Shown: one piece after another, positions 26,201 to 37,985 of the stretch | Numbering within the stretch: the first letter of the stretch is position 1 | Layout of the letters: each line of letters starts with the position of its first letter | DNA from: Octopus bimaculoides | Taxonomy: Eukaryota | Length of the DNA: 44,667 nt | Direction: 5' to 3' | Assembly (NCBI RefSeq): GCF_001194135.2 | Contig: NC_068995.1 | Span: 48,464,814 to 48,509,480, forward strand | Position numbers and translations under genes: made by a program | The notes under the pieces: model-generated | What the model saw: only the letters and a program-made list of their open reading frames with translations | Told to the model about the DNA's origin: nothing | The model's database searches: none

Positions 26201-27160
26201 GNNNNNNNNNNNNNNNNNNNNNNNNNNNNNNNNNNNNNNNNNNNNNNNNNNNNNNNNNNNNNNNNNNNNNNNNNNNNNNNNNNNNNNNNNNNNNNNNNNN
26301 NNNNNNNNNNNNNNNNNNNNNNNNNNNNNNNNNNNNNNNNNNNNNNNNNNNNNNNNNNNNNNNNNNNNNNNNNNNNNNNNNNNNNNNNNNNNNNNNNNNN
26401 NNNNNNNNNNNNNNNNNNNNNNNNNNNNNNNNNNNNNNNNNNNNNNNNNNNNNNNNNNNNNNNNNNNNNNNNNNNNNNNNNNNNNNNNNNNNNNNNNNNN
26501 NNNNNNNNNNNNNNNNNNNNNNNNNNNNNNNNNNNNNNNNNNNNNNNNNNNNNNNNNNNNNNNNNNNNNNNNNNNNNNNNNNTATATATATATATATATA
26601 TATTTATATACACAGACACACTACAGACTGTGTCTAGAAGGTTGCTATAAAGAATGCTTATATTGTGATGGTACGTTGTGTTTATTTATTGTCGTTATTA
26701 CACAAATTAGTGAAACTTGATCTCATAATTGCCATTAGCCCGCAGACACACATGGCATGGCTTTCAATCTTCTTAATGTGTTTCATGTATAATGCATCCA
26801 TAATTATGTAGAAGTGTGTAGCTTTGTCAGCTATGCGTATGTACAATTTCTCTTCTCCTTTCGACGAGGAGCAGTTCTGCGCTTGATGAAATGAACTGGT
26901 GGATCTCTGATGATCGTCTTTGTTTGATCAACTGAATTATCTGCTCCTGAATTTCCTGCAGATGGATGAGCTTCCCAGAAGCTCTTGTATGTAACCGTAA
27001 CTCAATTTCTCAGTAAAAAAAATCAAAGAGAAGGACGTGAGGAATATATATACCATTGAAATTGCAAGTACAATTTCTTCTGGTAGGCTTCTATGCAGTT
27101 TCCATCTACCCAATATTCTTCACAACGTATAAATCCAGGTGAAAATATAGAAAATGATAA

Positions 27161-27225
<65 letters not shown>

Positions 27226-27367
27226 CAGATAGATATACAATACAATATACAATTATGATTTCTTTTGGAAGCTTTATTTTATTTTATTTGGCTTATTTTC
27301 AGGAATTTTCTTATTTTTTGTTCCTTGCGTTTTGGTTATAACTATCAGCAAGCACCACACACACACG

Positions 27368-27431
<64 letters not shown>

Positions 27432-27632
27432 GAGAGAAACCCATACACAGAATCTCGCAAACTACACTAGAGACACACACTCACACATAGGCACACCGAG
27501 GCCCAAGAATTTAAGCAATATAGTACAGACATCACATCTGATGCATTTTTTACTCGTCTGCACTTTAGGTCTTCTGGATCAGACAGAGCTCACCTTAAGA
27601 GTTAAACGACAGCCACAGCAAAATACAACATC

Positions 27633-27643
27633 AGCTACTACTA

Positions 27644-27703
<60 letters not shown>

Positions 27704-27810
27704 TTATTATTTCTAACACCACCACCACCACCACTACTACAACTACTACTACTACTACTACAACAACAACTACTACCACCAGCGCCACCACCACTACTAC
27801 TACTACTACC
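27633..27810 (+). repeat. (CTA/CCA/CAA)n array
   Basis: Seen directly in the sequence. Confidence 0.95.
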
Positions 27811-27892
27811 TCTTTTATACGAATTATCAACACTTCCTAATTGAGGTATTTGAATAATCAAATATTCACACTACGCCCCACACTCAAAAATC

Positions 27893-27989
<97 letters not shown>

Positions 27990-28319
27990 TCAAAATCTCC
28001 AACAACTTCCTTTTACATCCAGTATTTTATTTCGTAGCAGCTTTCAGTATAAGTTGTTAAATCATTTATAATTCAACAATTCTTTTATTTATGAATATTT
28101 TCATATATCATTTTACTAAATATAGCCAAAGTTTCGTTCAATTTTCTCATAAATTATACATTACATGATGATGTTGGCAACATATATGTGGGCAGTGAAA
28201 ACTTTAAATTACATTGGCTGACATTGACAGATATAAAATATTAATAAATCCGAAATTGATTCTCTGACTGATGATTGTTCCTTCACCGGTATATAATGAC
28301 TAAATGTAATAGATGTCGA

Positions 28320-28501
28320 CTACTACTACTACTACTGCAGCTGCTACTACTACTGCTACTACTACTGCTACTACTGCTACTGCTGCTACTGCTGCTTCCA
28401 CTGCTATTGCTATTGCTATTGCTACTACTGCTTCCTAGTACTATTGCTGCTGCTGCTACTACTATTATTACTAATACTACTACTACTATTGTAGTAGTAG
28501 C

Positions 28502-28551
<50 letters not shown>
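28320..28551. repeat. (CTA/CTG)n abutting its reverse complement (GTA)n
   Basis: The motif switches strand at 28490/28491. Confidence 0.9.
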
Positions 28552-28595
28552 CAATAGTGGTGATGGTTTTGGTTTTGGTTTTGATTGTAGTGGTA

Positions 28596-28817
28596 CTTGG
28601 GGTTAGTAGCCCACGCTCTTAACTATTACGCCACGGGCATATGGCGTAGTGGTTAAGAGCGCGGACTACTAATTTCCCCAAGACACCTGATGAAGGCTGG
28701 AGGGTATATCAACCGAAACGTTGTGTTAACAGCAAAGAAGATGAGGACAAATATCCGTCAAATGTAAATAATGAAAATAAAGTACATAATTCCTCATCTC
28801 TTAAATATAGAACTGTA
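28596..28817 (+). mobile_element. Family C element: inverted-duplicated tRNA-like head, internal deletion, hammerhead ribozyme, conserved tail
   Basis: The head matches the 9169 copy. Inverted arms lie at 28603-28633 and 28642-28672 (27/31 complementary). The tail gatgag..caaatatcc...aattcctcatctcttaaatatagaactgta matches 2472-2569. Confidence 0.85.
28682..28727 (+). ncRNA. Minimal type I hammerhead ribozyme, Penelope-associated variant
   Basis: Stem I gacac/gtgtt; core CTGATGA (28687-28693) plus an extra A; stem II ggctg/caacc with one mismatch; GAAA (28715-28718); palindromic ACGT as stem III; GUU cleavage triplet (28720-28722). Confidence 0.85.
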
Positions 28818-28839
28818 TAACCTTGTTTTCTTCTTCTTC

Positions 28840-28890
<51 letters not shown>

Positions 28891-29029
28891 GGGAGGGAAT
28901 AATAGTGAAATGCCATTCCGTACACAAATGGGGACAATGAACAACAAAAATTTTGAGAAGCACTGCTTTAGATATCATGTAATTGCGTGATCGAGAAGAC
29001 TAACGCATAGTGTTATATATCGATGGTCA

Positions 29030-29272
29030 CAATGCGCTTTACTTCGCTTTAGCTTCGAGTGATGCTGCTGTCCCGCTGGTTAGGTTAGCAGAGCAATATT
29101 TCCATGATCGAAAGGCTAGCCCGTCGCAGGATTACCCATTTACAGCTGGCTGGACTGAAGCAGCGCTAAAAGACGTGTTTTGCTCAAGGGCTCAACGCAC
29201 CACTCTGTCCCGAATTTGAACCCAAGATCACTAGATCGTGAGTGCAACTCACCAACCACTAGGTCACTCGGC
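29030..29272 (-). mobile_element. SINE family E (tRNA head with a V-SINE-like central motif)
   Basis: Minus strand: A-box tgacctagtgg, B-box gggttcaaattc, then cccttgagcaaaacac and cctgcgacgggctagc. The V-domain similarity is from memory. Confidence 0.7.
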
Positions 29273-31218
29273 TTTACGTTATAATTAGATAAGCGTTTTT
29301 ATCCTGAAGAGTGGTCCAGTTGGTGGTAAACTATATCAGGCAATAAGGCTTGTTCATCTATGAAAGTTGAGTTAACTTTTGGACGAACAACGCAGGAAAT
29401 GAATGGAAAAAAAATAGCTTAAGATAGCTTTAATGGCTAAAACGATCAACAAAAGGTCAAAACCTGGTCAATATTGTGACATTTGCAATCTAAATAACGA
29501 ACGTAGAATTTCAATGACAATTTCGTTTTATCAATAGAGACCCCATAGTGATAAACTTTATAAGTATTACGAATAAACTAGATTTTATAATCAACCCAGA
29601 ATTCTTTTTAAAAATATACGCTATAATTTCCATAAACCAGAATTTCAACACGGACANNNNNNNNNNNNNNNNNNNNNNNNNNNNNNNNNNNNNNNNNNNN
29701 NNNNNNNNNNNNNNNNNNNNNNNNNNNNNNNNNNNNNNNNNNNNNNNNNNNNNNNNNNNNNNNNNNNNNNNNNNNNNNNNNNNNNNNNNNNNNNNNNNNN
29801 NNNNNNNNNNNNNNNNNNNNNNNNNNNNNNNNNNNNNNNNNNNNNNNNNNNNNNNNNNNNNNNNNNNNNNNNNNNNNNNNNNNNNNNNNNNNNNNNNNNN
29901 NNNNNNNNNNNNNNNNNNNNNNNNNNNNNNNNNNNNNNNNNNNNNNNNNNNNNNNNNNNNNNNNNNNNNNNNNNNNNNNNNNNNNNNNNNNNNNNNNNNN
30001 NNNNNNNNNNNNNNNNNNNNNNNNNNNNNNNNNNNNNNNNNNNNNNNNNNNNNNNNNNNNNNNNNNNNNNNNNNNTCTTCTTCTTCTTCTTCTTCTTCTT
30101 CTTCTTCTTCTTCTTCTTCTTCTTCTTCTTCTTCTTCTTCTTCTTCTTCTTCTTCTTCTTCCTATTCAGCTATTTAACTATCATTTTCATCGTAAATTCT
30201 AGATAATCGTTCTTTTCTTCCTTTATTCAAATTTTTAAAATCTTGTTCTCTTTCTTCCTTTATGTCTCTTTATATGTTGCTGATCCTACTATTATCGTTG
30301 TTGTTCATCTTGTTCTTGTTCTTGTTTTCACTACTTTATATCTTGAACAGAAGAAACATTCATAGTAAAAAAAAAAAAATATATATAAATAAAACAAATA
30401 TATGGATAAAGACAAAAAATAAAATATACAGCAACAACAGAAACAAGAAGGACAACAATAGTGGCTCAGTTTAATAAGATTGTTTATTGGAAGATAAGGG
30501 GGAACGGGGTGCTATTTTTTTATATTTGTTTTTCTCCTTTCTACATATATACGTGTTATATACAAGGTAACGGTAAAGTAGTTCGAACATAGGACAGTGT
30601 ATTCATACATACATACATACATACATACATACATACATGCATGCATACATACATGTACACACATACAGATATATATATATACATATACATATATATGCAT
30701 ATATATGCAGATATATATACATACACACATACGCATGTACAATGCCTTTGCATGCATGTTCTCAAATATACACACGCATACAGTCAGAGGTGTATACACT
30801 CATATTCCGGAAGATACACGCGTGAATACAAACGCACATACACGTATATATATATATATATATATATNNNNNNNNNNNNNNNNNNNNNNNNNNNNNNNNN
30901 NNNNNNNNNNNNNNNNNNNNNNNNNNNNNNNNNNNNNNNNNNNNNNNNNNNNNNNNNNNNNNNNNNNNNNNNNNNNNNNNNNNNNNNNNNNNNNNNNNNN
31001 NNNNNNNNNNNNNNNNNNNNNNNNNNNNNNNNNNNNNNNNNNNNNNNNNNNNNNNNNNNNNNNNNNNNNNNNNNNNNNNNNNNNNNNNNNNNNNNNNNNN
31101 NNNNNNNNNNNNNNNNNNNNNNNNNNNNNNNNNNNNNNNNNNNNNNNNNNNNNNNNNNNNNNNNNNNNNNNNNNNNNNNNNNNNNNNNNNNNNNNNNNNN
31201 NNNNNNNNNNNNNNNNNN

Positions 31219-31253
<35 letters not shown>

Positions 31254-31789
31254 ACACATATATATATACATCCACATGCAAACTTACATGACATACAAAA
31301 ACACACTCGCACACACACAGAAATATACATACAGACATGCACGCACACACACGAACATGCACACACACACACACACATTAAGATATTAATGCATTTTCTT
31401 AACATGAAACTAATGGTAATCTTAATATACAAATAAAGAGTTTCTATCCTCCACTGTAGTGCTGAGCACTCATTCTCATTGTCAACCCCGGTAGTGGGTG
31501 AATATATTCCTAAGTCCACCATTTCGTCAATCGCAGCAGCTTCTAAGCTTCACCACTAATTCAGTTTTCTGTTTTAAAGAGGGCACCTCCTCAGCTACAC
31601 TTTAGCATAAATAGTTTGAGATTTGGTTCAGTAGAAAAAAAGTTACATCAAAATATGTCAAGCTTCAAGTGGGCAGTAAAGCAGATATTCAACTTCAATT
31701 AACATAAATTTCTTCATTTAAAATTAAAAGTATACTCGTCTTAGGCTTAAATGATAGAAAAATGCATGAGGAATTCAGAATCGTTAGTC

Positions 31790-31945
31790 GCATTGAACAA
31801 AAATGAGTAGAAAAAGAGTTGTGGGTTTAAATTCCGTCGAGGTCGACTTTACTTTTCAACCTTTCGAGGTCGATAAATTAAGTACTAGTGAAACACCGGA
31901 GATTTTTCTTGTCGACTGAACCACTCACCGAAATTTCAAGTCTTG
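31790..31945 (+). mobile_element. SINE family B (old)
   Basis: aaattccgtcgaggtcgactttacttttcaacctttcgaggtcgataaattaagtactag. Confidence 0.8.
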
Positions 31946-32011
31946 TGACTTTAGTAGAATCGATTAGTATGATTATTATTATTATTATTTTATTATTATT
32001 ATTATTATTAT

Positions 32012-32040
<29 letters not shown>

Positions 32041-32069
<29 letters not shown>

Positions 32070-32159
32070 TGCATCAGCATCAGCAGCAGCAGTAGCTGCA
32101 GTAGTAGTAGTAGTAGTAGTAGTAGTAGTTGCATCAGCATCAGCAGCAGCAGTAGCTGC

Positions 32160-32160
<1 letters not shown>
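32041..32160 (+). repeat. Exact 60-bp tandem duplication within a compound (ATT)/(GTA)/(GCA) array
   Basis: 32041-32100 is identical to 32101-32160. Confidence 0.95.
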
Positions 32161-32196
<36 letters not shown>

Positions 32197-32221
32197 ATAG
32201 TAGTGTCGGTAATATTATTTT

Positions 32222-32420
32222 TAAGGTGGCGAGCAGGCAGAATATTTGGATCGCCGGAGAAAATGCTCAGTGGCATTTCATCCGGCTATACGCTCTGAAT
32301 TAAAATTTTGCTCAGGCAAACTTCCTTCATCCATTCGTTGTTGATAAAATAAATAGCAGTCGACAACATGGACGGGGTAATCGACTTTTACATCCCAACC
32401 AAAACAAATTTTGGTGTCTT
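32222..32420 (+). mobile_element. SINE family B (old)
   Basis: aaggtggcgagcaggcagaat...aaatgctcagtggcatttc...ccttcatccattcgttgttgataaaat. Confidence 0.7.
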
Positions 32421-32454
32421 TTGCCTATCATAGAAAAGATTCTTNNNNNNNNNN

Positions 32455-32490
<36 letters not shown>

Positions 32491-32998
32491 GTTGTTGTCA
32501 TTGTTTATCTTGTCATTTTTGTTTTGCTTCCTTAATGAATATATTTGCATAAAAAGGCATGAAAAAGAAAGAAAACTGTGAGAAAAAAATGGCGACTACA
32601 ACAAGTATAAAACAGCTTTTTTTTCACCATCGCCACCGTCGTCGCGCCAAAATACGACCATCTGACTCCAAACGTCAGCTACTACTCGTCTGACAAAATG
32701 AAAGCGTAAAAGAAAACAAACAAAAAACAAAATAAATCGACAAGACTTAAACAATATCACTAGCATTAGCAACAAGAAGAACGACTTTATAAAATAAACA
32801 AAGCAAATCTAATGGCGAACCAACAAAGGGAAAAAAAAGAAATAAGAGGAAATCTCTCACGAACACGTAGTGAGATTCATAAGAAAATACACATACGTAT
32901 TTACTCATGCACACAAACTCATACACAAACAATGTATATGTATTTATGTATAGGTATACACACATGAATATATACAAACGTATGTATTTGTGTGTGTA

Positions 32999-33049
<51 letters not shown>

Positions 33050-34224
33050 NNNNNNNNNNNNNNNNNNNNNNNNNNNNNNNNNNNNNNNNNNNNNNNNNNN
33101 NNNNNNNNNNNNNNNNNNNNNNNNNNNNNNNNNNNNNNNNNNNNNNNNNNNNNNNNNNNNNNNNNNNNNNNNNNNNNNNNNNNNNNNNNNNNNNNNNNNN
33201 NNNNNNNNNNNNNNNNNNNNNNNNNNNNNNNNNNNNNNNNNNNNNNNNNNNNNNNNNNNNNNNNNNNNNNNNNNNNNNNNNNNNNNNNNNNNNNNNNNNN
33301 NNNNNNNNNNNNNNNNNNNNNNNNNNNNNNNNNNNNNNNNNNNNNNNNNNNNNNNNNNNNNNNNNNNNNNNNNNNNNNNNNNNNNNNNNNNNNNNNNNNN
33401 NNNNNNNNNNNNATATATATATATATATATACATGCACATATATGTGAGTATCAATCCAACCACCATATATACATATATGCGTGTGTGTATATAATTTTT
33501 GCGTATGTGATTTAGACGTGTATGTTTTAGATGCTCCAAACCTTTAGCCAGAGGGTGGGATCTTCGGACGGGAGAAATGTGACAAATGTCCAAGTCTTTG
33601 ACCAAGTTTGTGGAGTATATTACTACGATGATAACACAATCTATGCAAATGGCATACCGTATATAAGAAGTTGTTTCACCCATTTACCCTTTTACACCAT
33701 TAGGCTCTGCTACGTGAACATAGAATCAGTTAATATTTAAACAAATCGTGTACGTGTTTATGTTGGGTGAATGCGTAACATTAAGGTCATAGTCGTCGTT
33801 GTTATTGTTGCTGCTGTTTCGTACCAAATTAGAATTGATTGACCTGTAAATCTGTGAGAATTCCATTTTATTTTCAGACAGTATATTTCAAACTGCATTA
33901 GTTATTTGTCCTTCATCGCTTAATATGGTAGTGTGTGATATAAAAGAGAATTTGTTATTGCTAGTAAGACTACTAACCTCGTACTTGTTTCCTTGTTGGC
34001 TCATCACATTTATGATTAACCATACCGTATTATCCGTATTTCCTGTCCAAAAACAAGTTTATGCTTTCATGAAGCACATTGAAATGGATTTTAGAGTATT
34101 TTAGTTGGGGACAATTTGGTGTTCCCAGTTTAAGCACATGACCTGAAATTTTGCTTACGAAATGTCTTGATAACGTGGACGCTATTATTTGGTTGGTTGT
34201 TTATTTCGTCTACATTGAAAGGAT

Positions 34225-34290
34225 GAAAGACAAAGTAGAATTTGAACTCAGAACGGAAAGAGAGGCAAGAAATGTTTTGCCGTGTAAGTA
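34225..34290 (-). mobile_element. SINE family B head fragment abutting the mariner
   Basis: agaatttgaactcagaacgg is the reverse complement of the B-box region. Confidence 0.5.
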
Positions 34291-34304
34291 TGGCCGCTAC
34301 ACTA

Positions 34305-34925
34305 GCAATGTGCACCAAAGAAGAACAAAGAGAAGCGATCTGATTGTGTCGGGTGCTGAAATTCATCGGAAGCTTTTAGCACACTACGGTGACAGTGTAC
34401 TACCGCATAGAAGTGTGTATGAATGGATCGAGAAGTTTACAAGTGACCGTAAAAGCGTGAGGCACGAAGAGGGAGCAGGATGCCCGTCAACATTCACCAC
34501 TGGAAGATTCAGCAAGTTCGAGAGATGCTAATGGTGAAGCGACGAGTTGTCAACGGTACGATAGCTCGGTCTCTGCAGATTAGTCATGGTTCTGTCTATC
34601 AAATCATCCACGATGACTTCCGCTTTCATAAAGTCTGTGTAAGATGGCGGTCAAGAGAGTTTACTACAGAGCACAAGCGCAAACGTCTTGAGGTCTGCCA
34701 ACGTTTACTTCGTCACTAGAACAATGAGGGCGAGAAATTTTTGAGCAAAATAGTTACAGGGGGTATTATGATGTAGAATCCAAAAGACAGAATATGGACT
34801 GGGAACATCCTGACTCGGCAGCAACGAAGAAATTCGAGTCTAATTCTTCCGCGGGAATGGTTATGCTAGCTCATTTTTGGGTAGTCTCTACTGGAAGACT
34901 ACCCGGACAAGGGGTGGGTGTACAA
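34305..34925 (+). mobile_element. Decayed Tc1/mariner (mariner-type) transposase fragment
   Basis: CTKEEQR; AEIHRKLLAHYGDSVLPHRSVYEWIEKF (HTH); SLQISHGSVYQIIHDDFRFHKVCVRWRSREF (degenerate WVPREL); FLSKIVTG; SAGMVML..FW; LLEDYPDKG. Frameshifts and stops present; no TIRs found. Confidence 0.9.
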
Positions 34926-36157
34926 TGAAAAGCAGATGCTCTGTTCCAAAATGCAAGGATATGCAACCAATACAGGATGTAAAAAACATTACCGTAATAC
35001 CGACTTCCTTCGTCAGGGTAGGAAGATCGGCAAATAGTAACGTGTGCCCTATATTGAGTATCTCTGAATCTTTGCTGCTGACTACACGCACACACATATA
35101 CGCACACACACATACGCACACACACATACGCACACATAGATACACACACACATATATAAATATATATGCACATACACATTACACACATATGCACATATAT
35201 ATATATATATATCCATGGGTGTGCGTGTGTACATCTGTGTATATTTATATGTGTCTGTATGTGTATATACGCACGTACCACATGCTGCAAATAAACATTC
35301 AAACTACACTTGTCAACCGATACAGCCAAAGAAGCATTTATAAATCCGATATTTTTCTCTCTAAGAAATAGTCGAAACATTAATTCACTTAAGACACGGT
35401 TTACAATGAATTGTAAAGGACAAGTTATTTTGTCATTTCTCTGTTAGAAAAAAGTGGGGGAAAGAACACATTAACAATTGTCCTATTGTGGTTTAGCAAT
35501 ACACACAATTGATGTAAGCAGAGCTGTTGTAACCGCTGTCTCGTCGAAATAATGAGGCAAGACACTTTTTATTTATATTTAACACGATCTGTGTTACTAT
35601 TACAATCTGAACTGTCTTGGAGAGGCTAACAAAGAGCACATTCTTTGATGACGTCAATAATAAACATTTACTCTGTAAATATGTCAGTTAATTAGTGGCA
35701 ATATAATTTGTGTCGTATGGATATGATACATATGTATAGGTATGTGCGTATGCATGAATATATATATATATATATATATATANNNNNNNNNNNNNNNNNN
35801 NNNNNNNNNNNNNNNNNNNNNNNNNNNNNNNNNNNNNNNNNNNNNNNNNNNNNNNNNNNNNNNNNNNNNNNNNNNNNNNNNNNNNNNNNNNNNNNNNNNN
35901 NNNNNNNNNNNNNNNNNNNNNNNNNNNNNNNNNNNNNNNNNNNNNNNNNNNNNNNNNNNNNNNNNNNNNNNNNNNNNNNNNNNNNNNNNNNNNNNNNNNN
36001 NNNNNNNNNNNNNNNNNNNNNNNNNNNNNNNNNNNNNNNNNNNNNNNNNNNNNNNNNNNNNNNNNNNNNNNNNNNNNNNNNNNNNNNNNNNNNNNNNNNN
36101 NNNNNNNNNNNNNNNNNNNNNNNNNNNNNNNNNNNNNNNNNNNNNNNNNNNNNNNNN

Positions 36158-36188
<31 letters not shown>

Positions 36189-36599
36189 ATGTATATATTT
36201 TTATACATACAATCAAAGATGCGTACGTGCATACATATATACGCACATACATAAATACATACGTACAAACATACATGGATACATACATAAATACATGCGT
36301 AGAAACATATGCATATATATATATGCATATGTACACACATACATACATATATATATATACATGCACACATACATACACACATATGTATAAACATACATAC
36401 ATACATGCATGCATGCATACATACATATATGTATACTTAAGTATACATACATTCATACGTATAAACATACATACATACATTACGGTCAACTTCTTTTGTA
36501 TTTCAAATGAAGCGCAGAATTTTCACTTCGCTATTAAACCTCTGAATTTTTTAATCTCTAATCTTTTTTTTTTTGACACCTAAACATTAAGCATTGTTT

Positions 36600-36709
36600 C
36601 TTTGTTCTTTTACTTGTTTCAGTCATTTGACTGCGGCCATGCTGGAGCACCGCCTTTAGTCGAGCAAATCGACCCCAGGACTTATTCTTTGTAAGCTTAG
36701 TACTTATTT
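36600..36709 (-). mobile_element. SINE family A, 3' end (young)
   Basis: Nearly identical to 2190-2280 and 43075-43165. Confidence 0.9.
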
Positions 36710-36983
36710 CATCAGCTTTGCTGATTAGTTGCTCGAAATTAATCACTTGAGCATATTCCTTACTACCTGACGATATAGGCAACTTTGATCGTGAGCAGAA
36801 GTAGTGGGGGAGCATCATAGCCATATGTTGAGAAAAATCCTTTGGTGGGATTGAATGATTCATCCCTTGGAAACATGGGTGTTTCGTTCATCACCCTTAA
36901 GCAACCTTTATTCAGGGAGCTCTGGAGAGTGACGAGTTACACGACCTGAAAAAAATTCTAACTGGGCCCCACCTGTAAGAACA
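36710..36983 (-). repeat. Unclassified interspersed-repeat body between a family B head and a family A tail
   Basis: Resembles an octopus repeat I recall (caggtggggcccagttagaa...gatgctcccccactacttctgctc). There is no second copy in the window. Confidence 0.45.
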
Positions 36984-37064
36984 TGAACTCAGAACGTAAC
37001 AGCAGACGAAATGCCGCTAAGCATTTCGCCCGGCGTGCTAACGTTTCTGCCAGCTCGCCGTCTT
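36984..37064 (-). mobile_element. SINE family B head only (young)
   Basis: Reverse complement closely matches 16471-16551; stops within the B-box at GAGTTCA. Confidence 0.9.
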
Positions 37065-37620
37065 TGTGGTATTCTGGACAGGACGCAGTTAAAGTTAACG
37101 TAAAATTCTTCTTTAACTTCAAAAATATAATACAGGTGTGGTGAATGATCTGGAATACATTAAATGCGTTAATTTCTATCAGATTTGATATCTAGTAACA
37201 ACCATTTTACAGTATATCACATGAACCGCACAACTTCCGAAATATTATGTTTCATTATTTTAGATAAGATACCATTATTTATTATAGAGAAGTGTCAACT
37301 GCTGTAATGTGCGCCTACCTGAGACTGATTTCCTGTAGGAGTCAGCTTACCTGTGTAATTAATTATTTGGCGACAAAAATATGTCACAAACTTTGCCCTC
37401 TGGATCACACAGTATAATCTGTCTTTGTCATATATAATTATTTTGGTTCTAGCTTTAGGGATTGTCGGCTTACACAGCACTTACCAGAAGAAAGTATTTG
37501 CAGTTTTAGCTTTTAGTTCTAATCGGTGCGACTTCAAATCTTATAGAAGAATCGTTCATTTTATTCTCAGACCATGGACGAGACAATATATAAAGTTAAC
37601 ATTCGAGTTGGAGAAACACT

Positions 37621-37985
37621 GTGAGCTGGTAGAATGGTTAGCTCGAGGATAAAATGTTTAGCAGTATTTCTTCTGACTTTGCGGTCTAAGTTCAAATACT
37701 ACCGAGGTCGACTTTGCTTTTGTCGCTAAAATAAGTAGCAGTTGAGTATTGAGTCCCCTCCCACAAAATTTCGACTACACCCCTCCTCCAAATTTTTAGA
37801 CCATGTGCCTGTAGAAGAAAAGATTGTTCGTGCTGGCAAAAACGGTGAACAGACAGATTCATTAAAATGTCCGAGCAAAAGAATAGCAATATAACTTTGG
37901 GCCCTGTACGTTCTGAGTTCAAATGACACCGAAGTCAAACTTGCTTTACATTCCTTTTGGATCAATGTGATGACGTACCAGCAGG
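37621..37985 (+). mobile_element. Two tandem old SINE family B copies (about 37621-37825 and 37860-37985)
   Basis: gagctggtagaatggttagc...aagttcaaatactaccgaggtcgactttgc, and a second gttctgagttcaaatgacaccgaagtcaaacttgc. Confidence 0.75.

Noticed and set aside
37295-37652. Exon cluster suggested by strong minus-strand donors (gtaagt near 37484, gtaagc near 37350)
   Set aside because: The acceptors are weak, the frames are short and unrecognised, and such motifs are expected by chance in 45 kb.
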